60,771 nucleotides of DNA, from contig CAZADR010000004.1 of NCBI GenBank assembly GCA_964484005.1, positions 1 to 60,771 of the forward strand. The letters run 5' to 3'. Shown piece by piece: positions 43,311-53,113 of the stretch (positions are counted from its first letter, which is position 1; every line of letters begins with the position of its first letter). Source of the stretch: an uncultured Candidatus Saccharibacteria bacterium. Its GTDB lineage: Bacteria > Patescibacteriota > Minisyncoccia > Phycocordibacterales > UBA9973. The notes under the pieces were generated by a model. That model saw nothing but the letters and a program-made list of their open reading frames with translations, made no database searches and was not told the DNA's origin. The translations under genes were made by a program, and so were the position numbers.

Positions 43311-44303
43311 TTAAAAAATTACATCGATTTCTTTAGTTGTGTTTTCATATAATTTGTAAACATTATTAATTTCCAATCTTATTTTTGATGCTCCTGTGGT
43401 GCCCTCTGGTACTTTTACTGGCATCAAGTTTTTACTGAGGCCTATGGTGCTCACCAAGCTATCATTTATAAACCAGCTCCACAATAAAGTAGGGATTCTT
43501 ATGTCCCCTGGTGAAATAAAATAAGGAGCAGCTTCTATTATTTCTTCACCGACTATCTTGTGTCCGTTTGGAAGGGCATGTTCCCAGACAGTTCCTAGGC
43601 TGGCGTCATTTTTATAGAAAAGTATTTTAGGTTGATATACACCCACCTCGATACTCGCAGATGAAGAATAATTTTGATCAATAGTAGAAGTCGTGACTCC
43701 GATGGTATTTGAATCTTCTAAATAATCATTTACATAGATAAAATAATTCTTACCATAACCAGAAGCTCCTTGTTCGTTCATATAATCTTTCTTCCAAGAA
43801 TAAGTCATGTTTTTAGGGTTTACTATACCAGAGCTTGTCCTTATTTCTGGCATGGCCACAATCTTTATCTCACTATCCATAGTGGGCATAGCTTTTCCTT
43901 TATAAAAAGGTGGCACATAAGAATCTGTCGCCTCCCAGAGCATTATCATGACCGAAGGCCTGATTGTAACTCTTTTTTCTATGTTGCCGTCTGGTAAGGC
44001 TATGATGGCGGTGACAGATATTTCTCCGCCAACTCCCGGAGCATTTATGGAGAAAGATTTTTTTCCTATACCAGAAAGAGTACTCTTGTTGTTTACAGAC
44101 CAGGTGATGTCTACGCTATCTAGGTTGCTAGCATAGCTCGACAAAGTAATGGTCACATTTTCGTTTGGTGCAGGGTTTTCCGGGTTTATATCTACCGAGA
44201 TACTAGAAGGAGAAGCCGCATTGGTATTTAGAGAAAAAGCTAAAAAACCACTGAATAGTATAAATAAAAATATAAATAAAAATTTGGAAAACCTTTTTAA
44301 CAT
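43311..44303 (-). CDS. Secreted hypothetical protein of the T4SS-like cluster
   Basis: 330 aa with N-terminal signal anchor FLFIFLFILFSGFLAFSLNTNA. Confidence 0.5.
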   Translation of the reverse strand: MLKRFSKFLFIFLFILFSGFLAFSLNTNAASPSSISVDINPENPAPNENVTITLSSYASNLDSVDITWSVNNKSTLSGIGKKSFSINAPGVGGEISVTAIIALPDGNIEKRVTIRPSVMIMLWEATDSYVPPFYKGKAMPTMDSEIKIVAMPEIRTSSGIVNPKNMTYSWKKDYMNEQGASGYGKNYFIYVNDYLEDSNTIGVTTSTIDQNYSSSASIEVGVYQPKILFYKNDASLGTVWEHALPNGHKIVGEEIIEAAPYFISPGDIRIPTLLWSWFINDSLVSTIGLSKNLMPVKVPEGTTGASKIRLEINNVYKLYENTTKEIDVIF

Positions 44304-44380
44304 AATTTAATTATAACACACCTTATTCAAGGACAGTCCTTGGGGAAACTCTCTTAAGGACTGTCCTTAACTCTTCCAAT

Positions 44381-46225
44381 TTACTTATTCAAACTGGCTG
44401 TTTCTTCTTCTTGTTTTGCTTTTCTACTCAACAATATTTGTGAAGGGTCAGAGGTAATAATTTGGTCTTCGGTATAAGAAGCAATGATTTTAATAGCCAC
44501 ATGCTTTAACCCAGCAAAGAATATCCCCTCTCCGACATTTGATTCTAAGAGTAGGTATTTTTCTTCATCTGTCAGGTTGAAGGTTTTTTGCAAGAGGTCA
44601 ATCGTAGTTGGAGATTGTTTTAACAGAAGCTGGATAGAAGAGTTTGTGATAATAGGTACTCCATAAGGAGACTTTAGGAAGTCTGCCGCGTCTTGGGTGA
44701 TAGTAGAAAGACCTAGGTAATATTTTCGCCCTCTTTTTGCTATGGAATACAAGAAAGATGCAGTGTCTTCGGATTTCATCATCCACCAAGCCTCGTCCAC
44801 CACCAAGAGTCTTCTTTTTAAATTCTTTCGAACTTCATTCCAGATAAAGTGCATGATGATGTACATGGCGATTGGTTTTAATTCATCTTCCATGTCTCGG
44901 ACAGAGAAAACAACAAATTTTTTATTTATATCTACATTTGAAGGTCTGTTTAAGAATGTGGCCCAGGAGCCTCGGGTATATTTTACTAATCTTTGTACAA
45001 CAGAATCACTTCCATCCATTCCAGAAAGAACCATTTCAAAGTCTGAAAGAAGTGGGGGCTCTATACTAGAGAAATCAGAGGCTGGAGTGATGTCTTTCAT
45101 TGCATAGGTTTCTGAGATAGCCCTGTCTACCATAGAATCTTCTTCTGGGGTGAGCCCACCGAGCATGAGACGGAAGAGCCCGACAAGGTTTATTATATTT
45201 GAACGGAGTACATCTTCTGCAGTCTCATCTTCGCGAGGTATCGGTAAGTCAAAAGGATTGATGTGGTGATCTGAAGAAAGAGAAATATTAAAATATCGTC
45301 CACCGACAGCTTCAGACAAGAATTCATATTCTCTTTCTGGGTCTATCACAATGACATCTGTCTCAAACATGAGAGATCTCAAAATTTCTAGCTTGGTAGC
45401 ATAAGATTTTCCTGAACCTGATTTTGCAAAAGTGACTGAGTTGTAGTTTTCTAGTGAAAATCTATCAAAAATAACCAAGCTAGAGTTGTGTCTATTTACA
45501 CCGTAAAGTATCCCCTTATCAGAAGTAAGGTCGAAAGATATAAATGGAAATACACTAGAGAGAGGTTCAGAGTTTAATTTTTGGTGGATGCCTAGGAGGT
45601 CTGTATTTATTGGTATGACACTCTTAAAACCTTCTTCTTGTTGGAAAAGTGCTGGTTTTATGTAAATAAGCTTGGATTCAAGCATTGATTTTATTTCATT
45701 TTCAATTTTGAAAAGCTCAAATTCGTTGTCTGCGTAGATTGTGATATAGATGCCGACATCAAACATTTTTTCTTGGGCTTGTATTAGATTGTCTCGGAGG
45801 CCTTCAAGGTCTTGATAGGCTGTGTCGAGCATTGGGTCTCGGACCATTCCTTTCTTTTCGCGCACATTTATCTGACTCTGGACTTCAGCAACTTTTTTCT
45901 GAAATTGCCTCAATACTAGGGAGGTATCTATCGGATGAACAAAAATTGAAATATCAAAAATTTTATCCAAATTTATAATTGGAGAAAACCAATTGTCTGT
46001 CAGATATCTAGGATAAGAAATAATAAAGAAAGTACGAGCAATCTTTTCTCCTAGGTTTATTGCTTTGGGCTCAATCTTTAGTGCTGAAGGAGCGATGATA
46101 TCTTGCAATTCCATGTTGGCGGATTCATATATCTCTTCAGGCAATATCGCCAAAGTAGAAGCATGGGCTTCCATACCCCCAGTCTCTTTCTTTTCTTGTC
46201 CTAATAATTTTTTAAAAAAGTCCAT
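44381..46225 (-). CDS. virB4: VirB4/TrbE/TraC-family type IV secretion ATPase (lacks the usual N-terminal domain)
   Basis: Walker A FAKSGSGKSYATK, Walker B RRLLVVDEAWWMM, ...LGLSTITQD.... Confidence 0.85.
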   Translation of the reverse strand: MDFFKKLLGQEKKETGGMEAHASTLAILPEEIYESANMELQDIIAPSALKIEPKAINLGEKIARTFFIISYPRYLTDNWFSPIINLDKIFDISIFVHPIDTSLVLRQFQKKVAEVQSQINVREKKGMVRDPMLDTAYQDLEGLRDNLIQAQEKMFDVGIYITIYADNEFELFKIENEIKSMLESKLIYIKPALFQQEEGFKSVIPINTDLLGIHQKLNSEPLSSVFPFISFDLTSDKGILYGVNRHNSSLVIFDRFSLENYNSVTFAKSGSGKSYATKLEILRSLMFETDVIVIDPEREYEFLSEAVGGRYFNISLSSDHHINPFDLPIPREDETAEDVLRSNIINLVGLFRLMLGGLTPEEDSMVDRAISETYAMKDITPASDFSSIEPPLLSDFEMVLSGMDGSDSVVQRLVKYTRGSWATFLNRPSNVDINKKFVVFSVRDMEDELKPIAMYIIMHFIWNEVRKNLKRRLLVVDEAWWMMKSEDTASFLYSIAKRGRKYYLGLSTITQDAADFLKSPYGVPIITNSSIQLLLKQSPTTIDLLQKTFNLTDEEKYLLLESNVGEGIFFAGLKHVAIKIIASYTEDQIITSDPSQILLSRKAKQEEETASLNK

Positions 46226-46231
46226 AAATTT

Positions 46232-46870
46232 TTATTTAACTTTAATCTTTCCTTCTATTTCTCCTGGATTGAAAACTTTATAAAACACCTCTACTACTTC
46301 TTCTGTACCTAGCTGGGTTGAGTTTATTCCACAACGGCCTAGCCCTTGCTCGATGACGGCCACCCTCTCTTCTAGTTGGGATCTCTTTTCCTCAAAATCT
46401 ATTTGTTTGAGGGCTTGCACCTCTTCTTTACTTCTTTTTGAAAAGAATCTATCAAATATTCCTGTATCAGATTTTAAGACTGTGTGAGTATAAGGAACTA
46501 CGATGAAAAAAGTTTTTGTCATTATTGCTACCGATTCAGTAAAATTTCTAATGAAGTCTATATATTCTTTTGTTTGAAGTTTTAAAAGAGGCTCATTTTG
46601 AACCAAGATTCTATTTTCTAAAAGCAAAAGATAGGGACGAATATCCAATCTTCTGGATTGAATAGATATTTGTATTGGAAAGTCTAAAGTATTTAGAAAA
46701 TTTTGGAATTGTAATATTGTGGCTCTTTGTTCATCAGCGGATTTTAGAGAAAGGTTTACGGAATTTGCTAACACAATAGCCCGAAGCTCGTCGTTTTTTA
46801 GAACGATGATTCCATCGCGTACTTCTTTTATAGGTATAAATTCTTGTGTAGCTTTTGCTTTTAAGGCCAT
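46232..46870 (-). CDS. Probable separately encoded VirB4 N-terminal domain
   Basis: 212 aa immediately upstream of virB4. QEFIPIKEVRDGIIVLKNDELRAIVLANSVNLSLKSADEQRATILQFQNFLNTLDFPIQI resembles the N-terminus of Gram-positive-type VirB4 proteins. Confidence 0.5.
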   Translation of the reverse strand: MALKAKATQEFIPIKEVRDGIIVLKNDELRAIVLANSVNLSLKSADEQRATILQFQNFLNTLDFPIQISIQSRRLDIRPYLLLLENRILVQNEPLLKLQTKEYIDFIRNFTESVAIMTKTFFIVVPYTHTVLKSDTGIFDRFFSKRSKEEVQALKQIDFEEKRSQLEERVAVIEQGLGRCGINSTQLGTEEVVEVFYKVFNPGEIEGKIKVK

Positions 46871-46877
46871 ATTTTAA

Positions 46878-47321
46878 TTATTTATTACTATTTTTTTGTT
46901 TGCTTAAATCTAGCACATCCAAACTCCATGCCAAATCTCGAAGCCTGCTTCCGCTCAACTTTACTCCTCCTTCTGCCAGCATTCTACTTTTTTCTTGTTC
47001 TATGCTTGCTGTACGGCCCATCTCCCCCACTTTTCTTTTTTCCAAATGTTTTTTCCAGATGTACAGCTTGCTTTGGGTAAAATATTTAAAGCCTGCTTCA
47101 ATCATATTTACAAAAGGTTTATTGTTTGGCTTGTAGAAAGTGAGCATGAGAGAAAAACCAGCTATTATAAACATCGGTATCACCGCAAAGACCAAACCGA
47201 GCAACCGATAAAGTACAAAGCAGAGCCCTGCTCCCCCAGCCAAATAGACAAATTCCCTAAAAGTGAAAGGGCCAAAAATTTTGTCTTCTATCTCTAAAAA
47301 TTGTGGTACTTTAAATTGCAT
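46878..47321 (-). CDS. PrgI/VirB3-like small membrane protein
   Basis: MQFKVPQFLEIEDKIFGPFTFREFVYLAGGAGLCFVLY... followed by two TM helices. Positioned before virB4. Confidence 0.55.
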   Translation of the reverse strand: MQFKVPQFLEIEDKIFGPFTFREFVYLAGGAGLCFVLYRLLGLVFAVIPMFIIAGFSLMLTFYKPNNKPFVNMIEAGFKYFTQSKLYIWKKHLEKRKVGEMGRTASIEQEKSRMLAEGGVKLSGSRLRDLAWSLDVLDLSKQKNSNK

Positions 47322-47350
47322 AAATATAACTTCTTAACCGCCACTTGTCT

Positions 47351-48304
47351 TTATTCTGGAATCTCTCTATATGGGTCTATTTTTGGCTTCTCGTTGTTTA
47401 CTGTTGGTGTTTCTGGAATACTTGTTTTGGAAATATTATCCAAAGTGTGTTCGGTTCTCGTTGTTTGACTCTGCACTGGCATTGTTAATTTTTCCGCAAA
47501 GATAGGTTGGGGCTTTACTTCACCCACTATTTCCAATTTCTCTGGCTGTGGCAATGTTTCTTTTTCTGGAAGTATTTCAATACCTGCATTTCCTAAAATT
47601 TGGTTTATTCTTTCAGAAGATATTTTTGTTTCTGATTCATTGGGATATATTTTTTCTATTTTCTCTCTTATATTTTTTAGTATTTTTTCTGTAATTTCGT
47701 ATACGAGCCCTTTGGTTTTTTCTTCAGATAGTCTGAGTTTGTTTTTTACAGTTTCTTCAAATTTTTCACCTTTTATTATTCCCATCATTACATTGGTCGT
47801 GATTGCCTCAAGCTCAACAATTTCTGATATTAATAGGCCATATTTACCACCAATTTCATAAAGTTTTTCATAATAATTTGATTCTTTTATTGAATTTTGT
47901 ATCTCTATTGGAAGTTTTTCAAAGCGTTCATCTAATATTTTTTTTCTTTCTATTTCTTCCTTTTTTTCTATGTTTATATTTTTTTCAAAAGTTTTGATAA
48001 GATCTGGTCTTACTGTGTTTATTACAGATGTGTCGATTTCTTCCATTATTTTTTTAAATAAATCTTTAGACAGACTTAATTCTCTCTCTAATATTCTTTC
48101 ATATTCCGTTAGATCATTCATTCCAAGAAGAACAATAGTTGTTTCTGTTCCTATAATTCTAATTTGATCTTCTGTTAGGTTATATTTTGAGCTAATTTGT
48201 TTTAGTGTTTCTAGCCACCTCATGCTAGAGAAAATTTCTTGCAAATTTGGTGGAAGTTTTGAGTAATAAAGCCCTATATTTTTTTGTATTTCTTCTTTGT
48301 TCAT
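47351..48304 (-). CDS. Hypothetical charged/coiled-coil protein in the T4SS-like cluster
   Basis: 317-aa ORF. No motif recognised. Confidence 0.45.
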   Translation of the reverse strand: MNKEEIQKNIGLYYSKLPPNLQEIFSSMRWLETLKQISSKYNLTEDQIRIIGTETTIVLLGMNDLTEYERILERELSLSKDLFKKIMEEIDTSVINTVRPDLIKTFEKNINIEKKEEIERKKILDERFEKLPIEIQNSIKESNYYEKLYEIGGKYGLLISEIVELEAITTNVMMGIIKGEKFEETVKNKLRLSEEKTKGLVYEITEKILKNIREKIEKIYPNESETKISSERINQILGNAGIEILPEKETLPQPEKLEIVGEVKPQPIFAEKLTMPVQSQTTRTEHTLDNISKTSIPETPTVNNEKPKIDPYREIPE

Positions 48305-48322
48305 TTTTATTAAGTATAACTT

Positions 48323-50662
48323 TTAATGATGTCCTCCTCCACCACCCCCATGGTTATCTTCTTTTTTAACTTCACCTACATGAGAAAGATCTACGCTTAT
48401 TTTTATATTTTTTAGAGATTCACTTATTGTACTTCCAAGGGCTTGCAAGAATTTCCCCTCGGCTTTACCGGTATTTATTCCCATTTGTTTAAATCCTCCC
48501 CTTATGCCACCCGCCATTAGTCCAGTTAGTCCAGATAGTGCTTTAGATATTCCAGTACTTTGTTCTTTTGCTATAACATTTGCAAGATTTCTGACATCAT
48601 AAGTTCCGGTAACAGAAGATTGAATAACATTACTAATTATTCCTTGTTTTCTTCGTGCTTCTCTAATTAAATCATCAGCAACTGTTCTGTTTTGTGCTAA
48701 GGCGCCTCCTGCTACTGCCTGACCATGGTGGTCTCCCACTGCGTTTGATGCATCGATTAGATCTCTTTCTGCTGTGGTTAATGATTCCCATTTTCTACTA
48801 CCAAGAGCAGCTAGTCCTTGAACAAATGAAGCGTTTCCTGGTTGTGCAGCTATTGCTCCTGAGTTATCTCTGACAACTCTGTCTCTAGCTATTTGTCTTC
48901 TTGCTTGATATCGTTGTTCTCCGTTTAGTTCTTCCCATTTTTTACCATGGGCAACAGCACCAGCTGCAGTATCTAGTTCATGTCTTGAGTGTGCAGCGTG
49001 TTCAACATCATGTTGGTCTCTATTTATTCTTGCCCCAACAGCGTTTTGAGCTGCATTATATCCACTTATTACTTGTACTCCCCCCGCAACCAATCCACCA
49101 CCAGCTCTTATTCTGTCCATTAATCTTGCGTTACGATTTCCAAGTATATTTCTGTTTTCTACCATTCTTTCTGCGGCGGTGTCTCCAGTTGATGCTCCCT
49201 TCATAAAAGTGCCAACACTAGCTCTTCCAGCAGCAGCCATACCCAACGCAGTTCCTCCAACAGCTAGGCTGGTTGCAAGTTTAGCGCTACTTATAACAAT
49301 TTCCCCAAATTTACCCGAACCCTTTTTGGCAAACTCGGTTGCTTTTAGTAAAAGAATTAGAATTAGTAATGCAGGAAGAACAATAGACAATATTGATTCT
49401 ATTATTTTTGTTTTTGTTGCTGTTACGAGGCCATCGAATATTTTTGAGTGAATTAACATGAATATAAAATACAAGAAGAACATAAAAATTGGGGCCATGA
49501 AAGAAACTGTAATTAGCCGATCAAACCAATTTTTCCAGCCTAAATATTCCATACCTTCTAGTTTTGGTACTGTGGAAGACATAAAAGCAAAAGGAGAAAA
49601 TATAATTAAAACAAAAAGCTCTATTAATCTTCCAAGGAAACTTAATCCTGCGACGACAAGACAATAAGAAGCAAACAACATAAGCAATCCAGAAAGAATT
49701 ATCATTCCAATTAATATTCCAGGAGCTACCCTACCTTGAGATGGGTTTTCTACTTCATTGCCATTTATATCAACAGTAAGTATTCTGGCAGAGTCTAAAA
49801 ATTCCTGGCTTACTAATTTTGTGGGATTAAAAGCATCCACTAAGGCACCAGCTGCATCCTTTTCGCTGTATCCAGTTTTAGGGTAAGGTCTTACGTTTCC
49901 TTGTGAGTCTACTTTGTTCACCTCTAGTTTATTATAAAAAACTAATGCCAAAACATTTGATGAATCTATTACTATCTTAGTAAAGAACATGGAAAAGTTT
50001 ATAAGAAGTGCCACCACAACAACTTTTGCTATCATTTTTTTTACATCATGTCCTCCTAGTCCTAAAATTATTTTTATAGCAATATAGAGAAGGATAAGTA
50101 TAAAGAAAATATTTGATAAGTCACGAACTACCCCCCATGCTTCAGAGACAAAGTCTTTAGATAGAAGGGTGCCATTCAGTGTTATAAATATAAGAACATT
50201 AAAAAAATAAGCAGATACAAAAAGAAAGAAAGATGGTATTACATAGAAAAGATAATAAGAAGTTTCTACTACGCATCCCCATAAATTACCTTTATTTAAT
50301 GGATTCAATAGTATACATTTATTTTTTGATATTTCTGCCTCAAATTCTGATTTAGTAGACGTTGCGGCCGACGTATATGTACTTACCTCTGTTGTATTAG
50401 TGGAACTAAAAGTACCCAGTCCTTTGCACTCTGATTCGTACATTGTTTCTGTTCTCGTTGCTTCATTGCTAGACATAGTACATGTTCCCCAATAATCAAC
50501 CACTTCCGTAATTGCTTGTCCATATTGTCCGCACTCTGCTCTTGTCATTTCTGGTCCACACTTTACTTTGTCTTGCGGAGACTCTGCCCACGCAGTATTT
50601 ACTGAACTAAAAAGTCCGATTAGTGCGATAAGTATTAAGATATAAGGAAAAAATTTTCTCAT
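48323..50662 (-). CDS. VirB6/TrbL-like polytopic membrane protein with Cys-rich exodomain and Gly/Ala-rich tail
   Basis: Signal peptide (MRKFFPYILILIALIGLF), at least 6 TM helices in the central region, and a C-terminus ending HGGGGGGHH. The ORF opens at a TTG at 50683. Confidence 0.55.
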   Translation of the reverse strand: MRKFFPYILILIALIGLFSSVNTAWAESPQDKVKCGPEMTRAECGQYGQAITEVVDYWGTCTMSSNEATRTETMYESECKGLGTFSSTNTTEVSTYTSAATSTKSEFEAEISKNKCILLNPLNKGNLWGCVVETSYYLFYVIPSFFLFVSAYFFNVLIFITLNGTLLSKDFVSEAWGVVRDLSNIFFILILLYIAIKIILGLGGHDVKKMIAKVVVVALLINFSMFFTKIVIDSSNVLALVFYNKLEVNKVDSQGNVRPYPKTGYSEKDAAGALVDAFNPTKLVSQEFLDSARILTVDINGNEVENPSQGRVAPGILIGMIILSGLLMLFASYCLVVAGLSFLGRLIELFVLIIFSPFAFMSSTVPKLEGMEYLGWKNWFDRLITVSFMAPIFMFFLYFIFMLIHSKIFDGLVTATKTKIIESILSIVLPALLILILLLKATEFAKKGSGKFGEIVISSAKLATSLAVGGTALGMAAAGRASVGTFMKGASTGDTAAERMVENRNILGNRNARLMDRIRAGGGLVAGGVQVISGYNAAQNAVGARINRDQHDVEHAAHSRHELDTAAGAVAHGKKWEELNGEQRYQARRQIARDRVVRDNSGAIAAQPGNASFVQGLAALGSRKWESLTTAERDLIDASNAVGDHHGQAVAGGALAQNRTVADDLIREARRKQGIISNVIQSSVTGTYDVRNLANVIAKEQSTGISKALSGLTGLMAGGIRGGFKQMGINTGKAEGKFLQALGSTISESLKNIKISVDLSHVGEVKKEDNHGGGGGGHH

Positions 50663-50702
50663 ATTCAATTTAAACTCAAACAAAAAATTAAAAACAATTT
50701 AA

Positions 50703-53066
50703 CTAAAATCCTCCTTCATCTTGAATCATTTCATTTGGTGTAAATGTCCCTCCATTTTCTTCGCAGTAATCTTGGGGTACTTCTTCTTCTACTACCACCT
50801 CGTCTACACCTTCAAATTCACATATACCTACACCCGGGCCACTACCACCTAAGTCAGGTCCTTGCGGTATATATGTTTCTGTTATTTTTGTTGGTCCTGG
50901 AAGATTACCTTTATAGTCTAAAATAGTTGCATTGTAGATGCTGTTACAGCTTAATTTTATACTTACCCAAACTGTTTTCTTTGAAAAAGAAAGCATGCTT
51001 CCAAGGGTTGTTACTTTATATTTTAATATTTTTGCAGCATTTACCATTGGAAGTTCTGGGTGTGTGAGAGAAGTACCCCTAAACATTTCGTGTGTATATC
51101 CTCCAATTATTGGTAGGTCACAAAAAACTGCTTGTTCTGCTTTAAATTCCGTTGCATTAATTTCAGGCCATCCATTTTCTGTTCTTTCTTCTTCACACTT
51201 AGCTGTTAGGGTTGTTAGATTTAACAGTTGTTCCTCAGTGACAAGTAATTCATTTTGTCTATTGTCTACGGTGATAGAATTAGAAATTGAAACACGGTTC
51301 GCATCGTATTGTTTTTTAAGTTGAATTAAAATTTGTTCTTCAAAAGATCCTGTTTCTGGTTGTATAAAGTTACCCTCATCGTCTAATTCTATTATTTCAT
51401 TTAATGTACTTTCGATTGTTTTTAATCTTGCTAGACCTTGAGTTTTTATTCTTTTTGCATCGAGCAATTCGTTTGATTGTTGAGATAATTCTTTTATTTC
51501 TTTAACTGCATCAATAAAAAGTATAGAACTTGGAAGTTCTTCCATCATTTTATTAATTATCCAGTCTTTAAAGAAACTTACGGCAAATTTTAATTCTTTT
51601 CTTGTTTTATCAACTTCATCTATTTTTTCATCACTAGCTCCACTGGCTGCTTTTTGTATTCTATTATCTCCTCTAGTTTTTTCTTCTTCCAGTCTTTCTT
51701 CCCAACCAACACTGGGGCCTGGTAAGCACATATCAAGTGTGCGTGCTTGTGGCCAGATATTACTTAAATTGTCTGAAATTTGTGATATTAATTGAAGTTC
51801 AGCTTCAGTAAAAGTTATCCCATTTTCTATGTCTTTTTTAAATTTATCTATATAAATTGGTTCTTCTGGTCCTGTATCCCAGGTTGAATTAATTCCACCA
51901 TCTGTTGGACTACCAAGAGTTTGACCATCATAACTCCAAGTATCCTCTTCGTTTTCAGGATTTGATTTACTTGCCAAACTATTTAAGCCGTCAGTTAAAA
52001 ATTTACTTAATAAAGCATCAAAAATAGCAGATAAACTATTTCCCATAGCAGCACTGAGCTCCCCTTGTCGTTGACCAGAACCTAAGGCATTCATAATTTG
52101 ACTTGAGACAACAGATCCAGGAGTGGTTGTAACTAAATTCTCACAGGTATTATTTTTAGCCCACTCTGCTCTTGCTTTAGCCAGGTCTCTTGTCCAAGCG
52201 TCTCTATTGGTTTCGTTATATGGGTGATCTTTTCTCCATTGAGCTTCAGGAAAACTTGGCTTATTCCAAGGATTTCCAGCAGTTTTGTTGTATTCATTGT
52301 CTCCTCCTTCATCTGCACAGGTTTCCGGAGACAAAAAGCCTTGTCCTTGTTCCAATAATCCTTGCACTTTTTGTGCTGCATTTTGGCCCGTGCCTTGAAC
52401 TTTGCGGGCGAGTTCTTCTGTTGCTACCATTTGAAAACCTAAATAATTGTTTTGAGGATATTGGGTATTAATTAAAAAACCATTCCAACCTCCGACATTA
52501 AAATCATTTTGATAATTACGGAGTAATACAGGGTCTTGTATAACCTTACTAAGAGAGTAAGCGGTATTGTCTTCAAGTTGTCTCTTGTAGGAATTTATAG
52601 CATTTAAAGCAAAATCTTTTCCAAAAGGATATTTTAAAGAATCATAACCAAACATATCTACCATATTTTTTACTTCAGACTTTGCTATATCTTCAAAAAA
52701 AGAATCTGGGTTTTCCAAGAACAAAGGTTGTCCATGAAAGCCACTATTTATCCAATTTATTGTAGCCTTTGTCATCTCCTGTAGTGCCCTTTTTGCAACA
52801 GCTTTAAGAATTTGTTTTCCAACTTCTATTGCTACATTTTTAATTTTTAGACCAAGATTAGAAATATTTGTTCCCGTATTCACAATAGTACTTGCTGCTC
52901 CTGTTCCCGTTGCTCCTGCTGTGATTCCAGTACTAACATCTGTTGAAACAGTAGACCACCAAAAAGCTCTCACCTTTTTGGGATTAGAAAATAAAATTGT
53001 TGGAGTAAGAATAGAGATGATTAAAAGAAAAGAAATAAATTTTATTGTTTTTTTATTTTCGTTCAT
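50703..53066 (-). CDS. Large secreted hypothetical protein (787 aa) of the T4SS-like cluster
   Basis: N-terminal anchor FISFLLIISILTPTILFS. No recognised catalytic motif. Confidence 0.5.
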   Translation of the reverse strand: MNENKKTIKFISFLLIISILTPTILFSNPKKVRAFWWSTVSTDVSTGITAGATGTGAASTIVNTGTNISNLGLKIKNVAIEVGKQILKAVAKRALQEMTKATINWINSGFHGQPLFLENPDSFFEDIAKSEVKNMVDMFGYDSLKYPFGKDFALNAINSYKRQLEDNTAYSLSKVIQDPVLLRNYQNDFNVGGWNGFLINTQYPQNNYLGFQMVATEELARKVQGTGQNAAQKVQGLLEQGQGFLSPETCADEGGDNEYNKTAGNPWNKPSFPEAQWRKDHPYNETNRDAWTRDLAKARAEWAKNNTCENLVTTTPGSVVSSQIMNALGSGQRQGELSAAMGNSLSAIFDALLSKFLTDGLNSLASKSNPENEEDTWSYDGQTLGSPTDGGINSTWDTGPEEPIYIDKFKKDIENGITFTEAELQLISQISDNLSNIWPQARTLDMCLPGPSVGWEERLEEEKTRGDNRIQKAASGASDEKIDEVDKTRKELKFAVSFFKDWIINKMMEELPSSILFIDAVKEIKELSQQSNELLDAKRIKTQGLARLKTIESTLNEIIELDDEGNFIQPETGSFEEQILIQLKKQYDANRVSISNSITVDNRQNELLVTEEQLLNLTTLTAKCEEERTENGWPEINATEFKAEQAVFCDLPIIGGYTHEMFRGTSLTHPELPMVNAAKILKYKVTTLGSMLSFSKKTVWVSIKLSCNSIYNATILDYKGNLPGPTKITETYIPQGPDLGGSGPGVGICEFEGVDEVVVEEEVPQDYCEENGGTFTPNEMIQDEGGF

Positions 53067-53113
53067 TTTTGTGTTTTTTATCAGAATTGTCTTTATATTA
53101 TATAATCTTTTTC

